A DNA stretch of 61,920 nt, filler included, from Choristocarpus tenellus KU-1152 (lineage: Eukaryota > Protista > Phaeophyceae): NCBI GenBank assembly GCA_964200185.2. It is 9 parts of 9 records of this genome, joined end to end, with 100 filler letters (N's around TTAATTAATTAA, not from the genome) between each part and the next. Parts side by side here need not be neighbours in the genome. Positions count along the whole stretch, not along the records: positions 1 to 16,063 come from CAXNAD020000881.1; 8 more parts are not named here. One strand, given 5' to 3'. Under the pieces are notes generated by a model. The model was given only the letters and a program-made list of their open reading frames with translations, was not told where the DNA came from and did not search any database. The position numbers and the translations under genes were made by a program. Below are positions 1-13,796 of this stretch, one piece after another. Position 1 is the first letter of the stretch, and each line of letters begins with the position of its first letter.

Positions 1-3000
1 GGATTGAGGAGGTGGGGGATGAAAATCAGGAGGGGAATAATTACATTGGTGATAGGTGTAAGGAGAAGGAGGAGGGGGAGGGGGGGATGGAGTGGATGGA
101 TGAAGTGGATAGGGGGGGAAGGATTGCTCTTTCATTTTCAGATAAACCGGGGTGTAGCAATGAGAAGGAGGGTGAAGGGTTGCTGGAATCTCCCGGGGTT
201 TGGTCTCCAGTGGCTGCAAGGGAGGTGAGTTTGAGGTATATGTGATCAGGGATAAGGTAATTGATGGGAGGGGTAGCTGCTGATGGTGTGTTGCTTTGAT
301 TTTCCTTTCTTTCCTTCTGTTGGACGACAGTGTGAATGTGTTGGAGGATTTGAGGTGGATGTAAAATTGGACAAACTGTGCAGTTGGTGCTGTAACAAAG
401 TCAATATTAGATGGACTTTTGCACCATCATTCAATACAAAGCAAACCCGGCACTGTTCAAAAAGTTAGGTAATGGTTGGGGTAAGTTATTCCTGGGTCAT
501 TCAGGATGTTCCACAGTTTTCACAATAGAAAAATGAGAAGTATAACTATTATACTCTGTTGTTGGATGAGTGGTACCCATCATTGGACCTAGGCTCTTAT
601 TCGATCAATTTTAACGCTACAAAGTACTGCAATAAAATGGATTATGACATCACTGCAGGGTGATGTTAAGATTGATGGGATAGGATATATAACAGGGCAA
701 CTGAATTCGTCCCTTGTGTTTGGCGTGATATTTGGACTTCCTACTCCATTGGTGCAAACGATGCTTCCATGCTCTTAGTGCTTTGAAGTGCAGCAACTCA
801 GTCATCTCATTTTTGTTAAATGAACAACTGAGTTCATACACAAGACTTACTGATCAGTCGATTATATTGTCACATGACTGTATGCTGCGCTAGTCACTCT
901 TAGCTTCCTCATGACACTTGACACTTTGTGCACCCTTCATTTCGATTGAGTTGATGGAACAATCTTGAGCTGATCCACACGACACTCATGAATTATTTTG
1001 ATTCAGAAGTCTGGCAGAGGATCTAGCATTGTCACTCCCCACAGACCAGTCTCCCAAGAAGTCTCAATTATATCCTAATGCCGAGTTCAGGGCTCCCTCA
1101 GGGCTCCTCTGCACATTGGTTTGATACTTCTCCTTGCTGTGTTTGACGATGTATCTGTTGCCCAGAGCATAGCATAGTGTGCATTTAGTATAAAGAACAT
1201 ATCTATGCCACAGGTTTAAAGGAACAACTGCTGCCAATGCACTACCTAGTTTTACTTGCTTACTTGTCCTGCATGTACCGACGATATGTGGCAGTGCTAG
1301 CCATTGCCGCCATCAAAATAATGGTGGCAGAGGTGACAGGATGATGCTATAAATCAAATCATCCAACGTGTAGGAAAAACTGTCTTGACAACTTAACCAG
1401 CCGCAAGATACTCAACACTGGTTTACACCTTCTTGCACCATCATGCACAGCAGGTAGATGAGGTTTGCTCAACTCACCTTTGGCATTGGCAACATGTTTT
1501 CCACATATTAGAAGCGGCACTGGGTGTCAACAGTCGGAAGGCTACATTTCTTGTCTTGCTGGTTGGTTTTGTGTTCTCATATCCACTGTAAGTGGGCTAA
1601 ACACAGGTCCCAAGACTTTTATAGAGCCTTTGGTATAATTTTAAGTTAGAGACTGCATATCTATCATATCTATCGAAATTTTGGTGTCGCATATTGCACA
1701 GTCCTTGGCATGTAAGAAAAAAATCTGCATCATAGTCCACAATTTCCGCATAAAATCATTTCTTTTCTTGTGCAATAGGACGACATCCAGATAGCAATGT
1801 ACATTAGGGGGCTGTGATTAAGCCTGCGCTCAACCTTGCATGAGGAGTTGATTGATATGGTGCATGCAAACAAATATTTTTGTTGATAAAACAGTCTCCA
1901 CATGGGAAATTCTTCCCAGATATAGGTCATGTTACACATATCCACCAAATTTGTTGTAGAGTCCTCCACTCAACCAGACAAGATGAAAAATATTTCAGAA
2001 CTCAGACCTGTTTGCTCAAGTATTCATGTCCTATCCAGTCAACCATTGTTAGCCTTTTCTCTAGTCAAGAAGAATTTGTAGTTCTGTTGTTACTAATGGA
2101 AAAAATTGTAAGTGTTGATATTGAATTGCATGAAAACCTTCAATTTATCCCATATCGATAAAAAAAAATGATAGCGTGTGTGGAGTTGTTACAAGGCAAT
2201 AGGTTTACCCAGATGGTGAGGGGCCCTGCCAGAGCATTTTTTCTGAGGCACTCTTGTTTGTCTCCAGGTTTCACCAAAATTTCTTGATTTTTGTGTTGTG
2301 GCATTTAAAATCCTGTGGTTTGTTGAGATGACTCACAATACAACAACACAACAAACCGATGCCATAGTTGTGGTCGTTGTGACCCCAAACCCTCAATATT
2401 CGCCTTGAAGCCTTTGATAGAAATTGCCACATGTTTGAAAATGAGAAGTCGAATTGAATCTTAATCTTGTTAGTTTGTACTATTGTTTGTACTATGAAGA
2501 GTCAAATTGGATGTTGTCTTATTAGTTTGTACTATGAATACCAGTACAGGAAACTGACTGTTGGTTTTTATTACTATATTGGAAATTAAACTAGGCCTTA
2601 GTTACCACTTTTGTTTGATTTCTCAAAAAACAATATTTGCCTTGAATGTCAAGTCTGGGCCTCTATCCGTTGCTCTGTAGTGAACTGTAGCCTAAAATGT
2701 GGCACTATGGAGCCGGCAAAGGCTCTGCATTTTCTGAGTGTACATTCTCATATATGGTCTATGCAGCACAGCATTGTCAATTATCGCCCTGAACATATCG
2801 ATCTGTTGCTGGGGATGGGTGTGTTCAGCACTAGGGTCATAGTTTTGTTGCAGGGGTAAGATAATTTACGACTGTTGTGGCGTCTATGTAGATTGTCATT
2901 TGACTATGGGTCAAGGGAGCTAGGTAGGGTGGAGGTAGTGGAGAAGTTCCAGACGAATTGAGCGAAAAAATATTATTAACGGCCCTGTATCTAATTGTTC

Positions 3001-6000
3001 GATTGTATTGCATAATTGATTCCAGTCCCTGAAGGTATGTGATTTGATACAAGGTTATGAGATAGAAGGTTATGAGAAATTACCCTAATATTATCGGTCA
3101 TACCTGCTCCAGTAGGAGAGGTGATGTGTGATTTTGAGCTATTAATAGTACCACTCTGTCCCTCTTGATCTTAATAATAAGAATCAGAGTCAGGCCTTCG
3201 GAAAAGGTAAAAAGGTATGGAAGGATACATTCCGGTTGAGAAGAGGGGACAATGAGGGGGTGGGAAAGAATGTAAGAAAGGCCATGGCCATGATGTGCAA
3301 GAAGATTAAGGTTTACAAGTGCATGGAGTATTCAAGCCAAATGAAGAAGCTTGTGTTCCAAATGTAACTGCAAGTGAGTAGAAGTGAAGTCAGCTGTAGG
3401 AATGGAAGGCAGGGTGTTGTGTCGGAGGGGAGTAGAGACTGCAAAGGTACTTCAATTGAAGGAAATAAAGCAATTCAGAATAAGGTTAGGGTCGCAGTAG
3501 GACAAGAGCATTTATGGAAGGATGCTCAGGGGGCCTTTCTATAGTAGTCTGACTGGGGGGTCATGGTGAAGAGAAAATAAAATTTAACTTTTAGGACGAT
3601 ACTAGACAATCAGATGCACTGACTTTCCATTGTTTTTTTCTTGAGGGAAGTGCCACATGGCTTTTACATCAGTGTTGAAAGATGCAAGAATCACTAGCCC
3701 AAATATGTACTTCCCCCTATTCACCTTAGATAGCAATGCTTTTGCCTGTTTATTTGTTTGAGTTTTCATTTGGAGTGTGTGGTAAAGTCCCTCTTAAAAT
3801 AGGTATGTTTTTTTTGCATGCTATTGGAACGTACTCGTTTGACAATTTCCAAAATGCATCATCCAATGTAAACTCGATCCACTCTCCTCTACTCTCCCCA
3901 ACTTTTTGATGTGTTATGCTGTTGATTCTGGTTGTGTACTGTTCTTTAAAAAAAAAAATTATTTTTCACCTTTTATTTCAAGCAGGATTTTCGAAGAAGG
4001 CGTCTTACCTTTGCCAACCAACCGAATCAGTCTTCTAACGTCAAGTCAGAAAAGGTGAAGGAGCTTATTTGGAAAAGTAAATGGTATGAAATAGAGCCAT
4101 TCCTTCACTTGGACATGGCATCAAGTCAATGTTCAGTGGAGGTAACTACTTGTCCCATTTCTATCTAGCCTCAAGAATGATAATTTTTGAAGTTACTGTT
4201 ACTAGTGAAATGTAGAGCTGTCGTGAAATTCTCACTTGTTTGAGCAAAGTGCGGCATCTTATCTGTTTGTCTTTTACCAGATAAGATAAGATAAGATAAG
4301 ACAAACTGTGGTGAAGGTGAGGAAATTTTGAGATAAAATCTTGTGCTTCTCTTGGATACATTCTGATGTTGTGGTGTCTGATGCTTTCGTTCCATGATGG
4401 TGTCCAGCACAGATGATGTTGTGGGAGTTTTTGAAGGGGAGTATGCAACAGGTAGGAGTGCAGAGTAGCACACACAAGGTGTGGATTAGGTTTTAGGGTA
4501 GGGTATTGAGTTGAGGATAGTTGATGAATGATTAAGGAAACTCCTTCCAAGACCCTGAGAGATAGAAGAGTGTAGGTCTAATCTCATCCTGACTTTAGGG
4601 TTATGGATATGATCACTCAAGTAAAGGGTGATGGGATTCTCAGTAGCAGATGGAATATTGGTCGAACTGTACCTCTGTGACTGCGACTGTCGATGGTTAA
4701 TCACTTTTGTTGCGCTATTGTGGATGGTCTCCATTGTGAGTTCAGATAGCATGACAATTTATAATTGTATGCAGTGTAGGAAGCACTTAGATCATCTGGG
4801 ACTTGAGGGTAATTAAATGGTACTGTCTGTCTGCTGCATTATTTCTATGTATGTTTTAGAGTCAAGTTGTTTAAAGAAGATTCTTTTGTGTAATTGATTA
4901 AAATAGGAAAAAATGAGAGTATTTTTTAAGAATGCTTCACCGATAATTTGTTTTATGTGGCAGTTTTCAAATTTCTGGTTTCATGTAAAAATACGCCACT
5001 TCCCTCTGTTTTTATGTGCTTTCCTCTTCTTGTTGCATAGCCTCACACAGACATGATTTTTGAGGCATTGGAAGTTGGCGAAGAAGCAACACATTCCCCC
5101 CCATTCTCCCCGTCAGCCATGGGTTTATATTCTTGCCATGGGTCAGAACCCAGCTGGACTGATGGTACAGAGGTGAGAAAACAGCTACAGGATATCATAA
5201 AAGTGATGATGATAATGGGGTGACATTGTTATTCCGATACTATTCATTCTATTAGAAAAGGTGGCAGGGGTGAGACCAATATAAGAGAAGTGGAAGTGTG
5301 ATGATGTTATCTGTGTGTGTATGGAACTTCTATGTATTTTTTTTAATGTGAATTGTCAGGATTCTGGGGATATCCTGAGTCCTGTGTACATACAATCAGT
5401 GTATGAGTATAAGAGACCGTTCTGTTTTTTATGTTAGAAGTGAGAGTATTTTGTGTTATCTGCATGTACAGTGTTACACAAACTACTGTTTTAACACAAC
5501 CAGTGTGCTCTTAATATCATACTGTTCATATTTTTGTAGTTGAAAAAATATTGTTTGCTATCCATTCTGTCTCCTCCCTCACCTCACTGCTGGGTGGCTC
5601 GCACACCAATCCATGAAGGCTTGTGCCAAGATCAATCAGGACCGGGCCTGTGTGGTTCACCCGTTCATGGCATCTGAGTCTTGCGCCCTTGTTTGTGTCT
5701 TTGATGGGCATGGGGAGCGAGGGGATATGGTCAGGTGAGAATTTTTATTAACTAATATTTTTTAACTAAGGATAATAGTAGTGATGAGAACAGCACAGTA
5801 ATAGTATATGGATGCTAGTAGTAACTCTGGAGCAGAAGAATTATGTAGATTGTACTCCATAGATTATTTTAATGCAAGAAAGGGTGCTGTAAGTCCTACT
5901 ACTTGGTGCCCTTTATAGGTTAAAGGGATAGATTGTGATGTACTACCTTGTCCAGGTTGTAACGTACTTTTGCTTATCTCAAGGCGAGAGGGCATCATCT

Positions 6001-9000
6001 GTTTTCACTCACATAGGGCTCCACAACATGGTGTTGGTCACTGTTTGATTATTAAATCTGGTTGTAACTGCAAGGCTTGAAACCATACACCGGTACAAGG
6101 TATGTGGTGTGTATGCCACCTCAAGCTCTGTGCCTAAGCGCTTTTTATCTACTCTGTTATGTATCCCTCCCCACTCCATTTTGCCCTCCAGCTCTGATTG
6201 CAACCTATATATCTATGGATATGCAATTTGCAATTAATTTTCCCATTTTCTAAAGTATGGTGGGTAAAGTCATTTACAACAATTATGAAGATGTATCTGG
6301 TAGACCCAAACAAGCCAATGGCTATTAAGACAGTTATTATTTATTATTCATGGAAAGAAAAAAAAACACCAGAAAAATAATACTGTTTACAGAAGGTAGG
6401 ACAAGTGTTGAACAAAATGTGAGGCTCCAAAATGCAGTGTTCACACCAAAAGAATGAATGTTTCTAGTCTGTTGAATGTTTCATTGATCAAGTACAATGA
6501 TTTCCATCCTCTCTCTCTAGTCTGACCCACACCTTACTCTCGACATTTTGCTTTGAAATATGCATGCAAACAGCAACTTTGCCATGAATGAGCTGCCGCC
6601 AAGGCTGGCAGCACACCCTTGCTGCTTTACTGATCCTGAGAAGGCACTATCAGAAGTGTTTGTGGAGGTGGACAAAGCGCTGGTGGAGGCTGCAAAGGAG
6701 GGTGAACCAGTGTTCAGGCAAGAAAGAAGTGCTGTGTTGTATGTTTTTTGCAAGAGTAGAATGGAGGCCATTTCGAGGTCATTTCTATTGTTTACAGCTG
6801 TTTCTGTTTCTGCTTCTTTTAATTGCTATTGGTGGACAGGGGCAGTGGTGAGGGCCAAGGAAAGAAATCTCTGTTCATTAAATGGTAGAGTACTTGCTAT
6901 TTTTCAAGGCTAGCTTCACAGGACCTTTCAGTAGACTGGATAACTGTGAAACACTGCTGAACTACTACACTGGTACAATAGGTCCTCTAGTGATGGTGGT
7001 TTTGACCGGTGGCCTGGATGTAGACTTGGACAGCCCAGTTAACTGCTGGTCTAGTGTAAAACCTTGTACTTTGAGTATTTGATAAGACTGACTTGTTTTA
7101 TCTTTTGCAAATTGGTACAATGTAGTAATGTATCCTATGTGTTCTATGTGTATATAGCTCTTGTCAAGGGTTTTTGTTGAGCTGAGGAGGGCATTGTTGG
7201 AAGCTGAAAAGGACAGAGAAAAACTGTCCCGGGTTGTAATGAAAAATGCTGTTCTTTTAATTAAAGGAGCCACCCCCCCCCCCCCGTTTTGAGCATCACC
7301 CTGAATCCTAAGAATGTGGGATATCCCGATTGCAATCAAAGCATACCTCTTGCTTTCAAATGTAGATGTATTTGTGTCATGTTTTGAAAATTGACTTGAA
7401 AATGTTTATGAATGATAACCCACAGTGGAACAACAGCAGTGGTTGCACTCTTCCGTGACGGAAAGCTTTGGGTGGCCAATGCAGGCGATTCCAGGGCTGT
7501 CATAGCCACCAAGATTGCCACATCTCTGGGGCAGGGCCCTAGGGCAGGGGCTGGGGAGGGAGAGGATAGGGAAGGAGGAGAGGGAGATGGCAGAGATGAG
7601 GTGTTGGAAGCAGTGGCTTTATCAGTTGATCACAATCCAGACCTTGATGAGGAGTTGGAGAGGATATGTTCAAGCGGGGGGTTTGTCTCGCCTCCTCCAG
7701 AGCCAGGGCTGAGTGCAAGGGTGTGGCTTGATAGGGATATGACGCAGGTGGGTTTAGCTACGGGCGGGATGGGTGTAATTAGACATAGTGCATTGTGAGT
7801 AGAGTTAGGAAACTGAAGTGTGGAGTGGGTAGATAGAACTATGTGTGTCTGTTGAAATAACTTCATCTTTTTGTGTTGTGATTTTTGTGAGAGGAAGTAA
7901 TTCAAAGTAACCATTCAGGTAATCAGAATTAGGTATTAGCTGAGAGAGCCACAAAGTAACCGAGACAGGGGTGCTGCTGAGTACTAAGAGCCCATGTGAC
8001 TTTACTGGCGGCAATTTTTTAGAGTGCACAGTCCACAGCTGTGGGGTGGATTTTGACTGTTTTGTGAGCCCATTCTGTTTTCAGAAGCAAGTTGTCCCAA
8101 TTGATCCCCTTTTTCGCATGTCATCTTCTATTAGCAAAGTTGTAAAACCTCTTTAATAGAAAGGTGTCATCTTCTTTAAAACAACTCGAAACAGCCAAAA
8201 CAACCCACCCTCTTGGCCAAATTGACTCAGGTTTTACAGAAACTGTTGCCAAACCATGTTTTTATGTGGAGACAAAACGGTCTTGCTGTGCTTGCTACTC
8301 TTTTTTGCTGATATATCAATGATTCATGTCCATAGCCATATTGTTGTAAGTAATCAACCCTTTGCACATGTATACATTCTACCAAGCCACACCACTTCAT
8401 TTTGTTAAGTTGTGATTAGTCCCACTTCGCCCTGCAGCCGTAACAATGTCCAAAACTGCACTCTCCTTCTCCTGGTGAAATCTCTTTAGCCACTCCAGCC
8501 ACCAGCATGGTGTGACCACACTATGGTTTCCACTGGAGATGTAATGTCCAGTAGTGAATTGAACGCATCCTGATTTTTTGTGGAAACTTACCTAAAAACT
8601 TATCTACACTCTACCCTCTACCCTCCGCTTGCCTGTAGGTGGGGCTGGCCATGTCTAGGTCAATTGGGGATCATGCGGTCAAAAGGGCTGGTGTCATCGC
8701 CACCCCAGAGGTGCGTAACTCTCATGTGGGGAAGTTCTACTTGGCAAGGTCGAGCGTAACTCTCATGTGGGGAAGTTCTACTTGGCAAGGTCGAGCGTAA
8801 CTCTCATGAGAGGCAGATGCACACACCGTGTTATTCACAGAGTTAACACTTTTCCATGATAGGGTGAAGTGGCAAATTTGACGAATGGTTTCTCTGGTTC
8901 TTTTGCATCAACTTTGGAGAAATTGGGGTGTATCTCCTATCTATAATTTTTTTTTTGGGGGGGGGGTGGAAATGGTTTGTTTTACAGGTACTGCTGCTGT

Positions 9001-12000
9001 GATAATAGTGGCTGGTGTAAGAGTATGATGGGATAAGGTTTAACTAAAGAGGAGAGTGTTGAACCGCAAACATTCAGGCAGATCAGTATTACCCCTCACC
9101 AATATTATTTCTGTGGTACTTCACATTTCTTTGTGTAGGTGTAAGCATGGACGTGTGATTTGTAAAAATATCTGCTGTACAATAATGTTACATATCAGCA
9201 TGTTTTACTTATTTTGGCAAATATTTATACACTTAATGGGTCTATACCACGCCATAGTACCATTCTGAAATGATGCGTTTTATCTTATGGGCCGCAAGAG
9301 TGTTGCTACAGTTATTAATATATGCTCTCTTTTTTTGCCTTGAGCTGGGTTCAAACCCTGGTATGGTATGTTAATATATTAAATCTTAGTTCGACCACAA
9401 GTCCTGGTATGGGTTTCAAGTCTTGAGGTTATAAACCGGTTTGGGATTTTGGTTGGGCCACAGGACCAGGCCTGGGTTCAGCCTGGGGCTGAAGGACTGT
9501 ATCAGGTTTGTGTCGACCCCATTTCACCAGGATGGGTGCCAGTGCTTGTCTGAAGTCGTGCACTGAGTCTATGTCCCAGTCTCACTTCCCCTTGAACCAC
9601 AGCTACAGGTAAAGGTACACAGGTCCTGGATCCCTTAAATATACCTGTACTTGCACCTGTACCAGTAGAGAACCAGTAGAGAACTTGTGGTTAGTGGAGG
9701 TATACTGTACAGTAGTATCTAATCCACATAGAGACCATGCACGAGTTAGTTGATCTATGTTGCAATACCATTATATCTGTGGAGAGGTCTTCACAGTACA
9801 TATGTGATATCTAATGACATACACATACCACCGATGCACCTCCCACTTGAAGTTGAGTCTTCTCCAGTAAGTGGAAACAATTTGGAGGAGATCTTGTACC
9901 TTGAAATGGAGATTTTGTAAAGATCATGGAAGGCGAGAAGGAGAGAGGACACTGTTAATATGTTTTTGGAAGAGCTGTTGAGATTAAATCGGTAAAAGTA
10001 ACCTTTCTACTATTGCCTACTATTGCCTTGCCTGCTTTTGTTTTGCAAAGTGTCTTCACTATCCAAATCTGCCATCTCCACTTCAATGCCCCCTCGTTTA
10101 AATCCCAAGTTCTTACACCTGTTACATCATTACTTGGTGCATTTGGGGTTAGGGTTAGGGTATTTGGTACATTTTCTGACCCATTACTTCCTCGCTGTCA
10201 CCCCTATGTATAGGTGACACTACGAGAACTTCAGCCAGAGGATCGATTTATCATAATGGCTTCTGATGGGGTTTGGGAGTTTATGGACAATCAAGAGGTG
10301 TGTGTGTGTGTGTGTGTGTGTTTTTTGTAACATAGTTCTTGTTTCTAATTTTTTTTTTTGGCAGTATTGCTGCGGTGAATGAATTGTCATCTCTGAGAGA
10401 CATAAAAAAAATATTGACAAGGTTGGACAAAGATTGGTGTTTAATTAGCTTTCGAATGATATTTTGAAATATGATTGTGTCATTGCCAATAGTAGACATG
10501 ATTGCGTGACTGGAGTGATATGCAGATTGCCTAGAATTCTGCCTGAACTTGTTCCTTATTATTCCTCAAAAGAGCCAAAGTATCTTGAGATGGTACAGTC
10601 GCGTCCATTTGGGGGTCGAAATCCAATGTTGTGATTTTGATATAATTTTGGCTATCATGTTTGTTAGTAAGTGTCGATATCCTTGTTCCAGACACACCTT
10701 TTCATAACGTGTACATTTTACCTACTCCTAAACATTTTGGAGTAGGAAAATGTCATAAAAAAACCCCATGGGAAGCTAAGCCCCAAATGGACAAACAGGG
10801 AAAAACCCGTACCCTCTATGATGCTTTCACTCAAAATAGTAGGATCTTCTCTGAAGCAATAAAATGGGACAGTAAAGAACAGCAGTTGAATTACATTGAT
10901 GACATTATTTGCTTTCCAACCCTCCCCTGGTTGATGTCTATCTCCAAGTACATGATCCTTTACGTTTCTAGGTGCACTAGTACATGTGCAGTCACGGAAC
11001 TCTTGAAAGAGAAGGACTGGAATCTTGGGAAGGGTTACAAAGTGATCGCTCAGTATTCAGCTACTTCCCCTTGTAATATGTTATATTTAGGATCGAAACT
11101 TAAATTGTTTCCCTTTAAAATTTCTATTGAGTACTCTGCATAGTGTGGTGCTCAACACTAGTGCTAACCAAAAACGTTTGGCCATGCTCAGTCTATGTTA
11201 TATTATCCGCTGTCATAAAGAATCTTTGGTTCCATTTGTTGAATTGTTTTTCTCAGAAGTGACCAACCAACCCACCTCCATGTTATTATTCTTTATAGAA
11301 GGGAAAACGAGAAATGGAAGAAAATTGGCAGAAAAAGAATTATTGCAAAAATGAAAATATACGTCCACCGTACTCACTAGTAAATATCTGTTGTCGGACC
11401 ATGGGTTGTTGTGTGTAACACTACAATGTTGTGCTTTGTTATCCTAGTGTTATAGGTGTGTGTGTGTGGATACAATATTTGGGTGGAAGACAAAAAAAAA
11501 TCAATATTGACCATCATATTGCGATCAGAAGTAGCTAGGTTTGTGCAATTATTTTGTAGCCCTGAATAAGGTACAACTCCTCTGCTCAAGAGTTGCACGT
11601 TTTATGTGGAGATCACACTGCACCTGCTATACTGATTTTTTTTTCTATTCTGAAGTATAAATTTTCAAGGGCTTTGATGTTATGTTGTGTCAGAGGGTGC
11701 AGGAGGTCACGAATAACCAGGATACGGTATTGTTCATATTTTGTTTTTATTTTTATTACATGTACAGGGTAAAATAATCATGTGACTGACAGGTCTGATT
11801 GTGGAATAGAAGCCAGTGCATTGGGGCTCCTTTTTTTACATTGTTACATTCTCAGCAGTCAAACAGGATCCTGACTACAGACTGAATTCACCAAAACCTC
11901 TTGTCACTGCTTGTGGGGACGGTTAAGATAGGAGCTTAGGGAAGGGCATAGGTAGCCAGGACTGAGCATCTCTGAGGGGAAATGTAGCGTTGGCACATCT

Positions 12001-13796
12001 TCAATCATATAAGTAGTGCTTTCCTGCATGATAGGCAAGTCTGGGGAGGACATAGCAAAGCCAAGGATGATATTAAGTTTTTTTTTTTTTTTTTTTTTTT
12101 TTTAGTGCAGCGTCCAGTTACTCTCCCCAATATATCAGAAATGGAGACTGCCTAGATTCTCGGGGTTACAAATACTGCATCACTGGCGCCGATACCTATG
12201 TATCATCTGAGTCTAGTGAGAGTTATGTGAGAGTTAACATATTCGCTGGCACCATGTAACGATGTCCCTGGAGCATAACCCCTTCCTAGCACTTATGTGT
12301 GTGTGCATATATATGGATGTATATGTTATTTTTTTGCAGGGTATTGCTTTTCCTGCAATTAAGTGCAAGTGAACCAAGAAAAGGACTAGTTTTTATTTAG
12401 GATTGGTATTGAGAACTCTTTTTCCTCTGTTGCTCTCTATTTTACACTTAGTGCAATGTAGTGTTGTATATCTTTAACATGAGAAACTGTGAAGGTGTGT
12501 CTGGGACAGATTGTGTCGTTGGCAGCACAAGCAACAATGCCAAGGCATGTCATGTGTTTGACGCTGGAGGCATTAGGCCAGTGGGTCAGGTAGGGTTGAG
12601 CAGACCCTGGGATTTTTCCCCTCTTTCTAGACAACCTCCACATGACTAGTCTTGAGGTAGTCTTGAGGTAGTCTAGAAGGCGATTGTATAATCTGGTTCT
12701 GTTAGATGGAGATAATCAGAAAATAAGAGTGTATTAGTAGTTTGCTTCCACACAGATTGTGTTTTTTGCGCCCTATCTGTTGCCTCCATCTGAAATTAGT
12801 GACCACAACCACAGAATATTGCAGGTATATGAAATTAGTGACATAAGCAAAGACTCCCGCATGGGCAATGTTGGGAAGCTTGGTCAGTAGGCAGTAATTT
12901 CGTTGGAAATACTATCCACAATATTTGGTGGATTAACTAACTCAGTAAGCCCTTTTTTCACATCAACACTCACCATCTTTTGACATTTCCTGTGATCATT
13001 GACACAATCTGTACTATCTAGTGCACTGATCGAGAAGCAGGAATAAGAAACCCCACCAAGTGAGGCATGGGGTGCTGCAATGGGGGTCATTATCACGAAT
13101 GTTTTTTGCCCAGGGTTGTGTTCTTTGAATGGGAACAAAGCTTTTCACTTGTACTTCTAATCCAACCCTCCATAGGAAATTTGGTACTCCCCTGTACTTG
13201 ATAACCGCAGAACCAATCTCATGATCATGATGAACGGCCAAGTCACATAACAGTGTTATGTTTTTGAGGCTTTGTCCAATGGCACCTACTGCATTTGACC
13301 TGACATTAAATACCCCTTGAGATCATTTGCACCTAACAGTGCTGTATACAACAATCTCTGTAAGGAGGCTGTAGTGGACGGAAGACATAGTGTGGCAGAC
13401 TTCTCTTCTTCAGTACCATCCAAATATGATGGCCTCCACATACATCTGTTGGAAATTCGTTTTGACTCATTGCTTCAGTGAAATCATGTTTTTTATATAC
13501 ATGTAACCTCTTGGTGTATTGCACACATACAACTGCTATTGTGTATACTGCTTCTCTTTGCATTTTTTTGGAAGGTGGTGGATCTGACCCAGTCAGAGCT
13601 GTACTTCGGGGGCAAGAACAATGCTGCACACGCCTGCCGGGCCATCATCAGTGCAGCAGCGGGGCGGTGGAGGGACAATGAAGGTGCCTATCGCGATGAC
13701 ATCAGCTGTGTTGTCATCTCCCTGGCTGCTCTACCGCAAGGGTTTGGCCCTGGATCTGGCTCCAGGGTCACCTCTGAGGGACAGGGCGAAGGATAA
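1..13796 (+). CDS. Protein phosphatase 2C (PPM family), 5'-partial; join(<1..224,3986..4054,5041..5172,5619..5734,6574..6717,7426..7747,8639..8710,10214..10297,13575..13796)
   Basis: Exons join in consistent phase and give the canonical PP2C motifs in order: [83 protein letters not shown], then TAA at 13796. The intron at 6718-7425 has a GC donor. The first exon (<1..224) is linked by phase and a GTGAGT donor only. Confidence 0.93.
8713..8808 (+). repeat. 41-bp perfect tandem repeat (2.3 copies)
   Basis: GCGTAACTCTCATGTGGGGAAGTTCTACTTGGCAAGGTCGA starts at 8713 and 8754, with a partial copy at 8795. Confidence 0.95.
10572..10832 (+). mobile_element. MITE-like family A, full copy (~260 bp), in a PP2C intron
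   Basis: Ends are GAGCCAAAGTATCTTGAGATGGTA and TACCCTCTATGATGCTTTCACTC (imperfect TIR). AAAA flanks both sides (possible 4-bp TSD). Homologous along its length to four other copies in the window. Confidence 0.85.

Noticed and set aside
600-2200. Decayed transposase or RNase H-like coding sequence on the minus strand in PP2C intron 1 (e.g. [15 protein letters not shown])
   Set aside because: It looks like eroded coding DNA, but I could not find an ordered motif series for any family.
8713-8808. 41-bp repeats as a CRISPR array
   Set aside because: The copies are directly tandem with no spacers, there are no cas genes, and it is in a eukaryotic intron.
9345-9362. GGGTTCAAACCC B-box-like motif (tRNA or SINE)
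   Set aside because: No A-box or cloverleaf can be built around it.
10661-11143. Family of similar ORFs (10661, 31094, 35354/35474, 46715, 56264) as a multicopy small-protein gene
   Set aside because: The similarity comes from MITE family A. Frames shift between copies and no start or stop is conserved.
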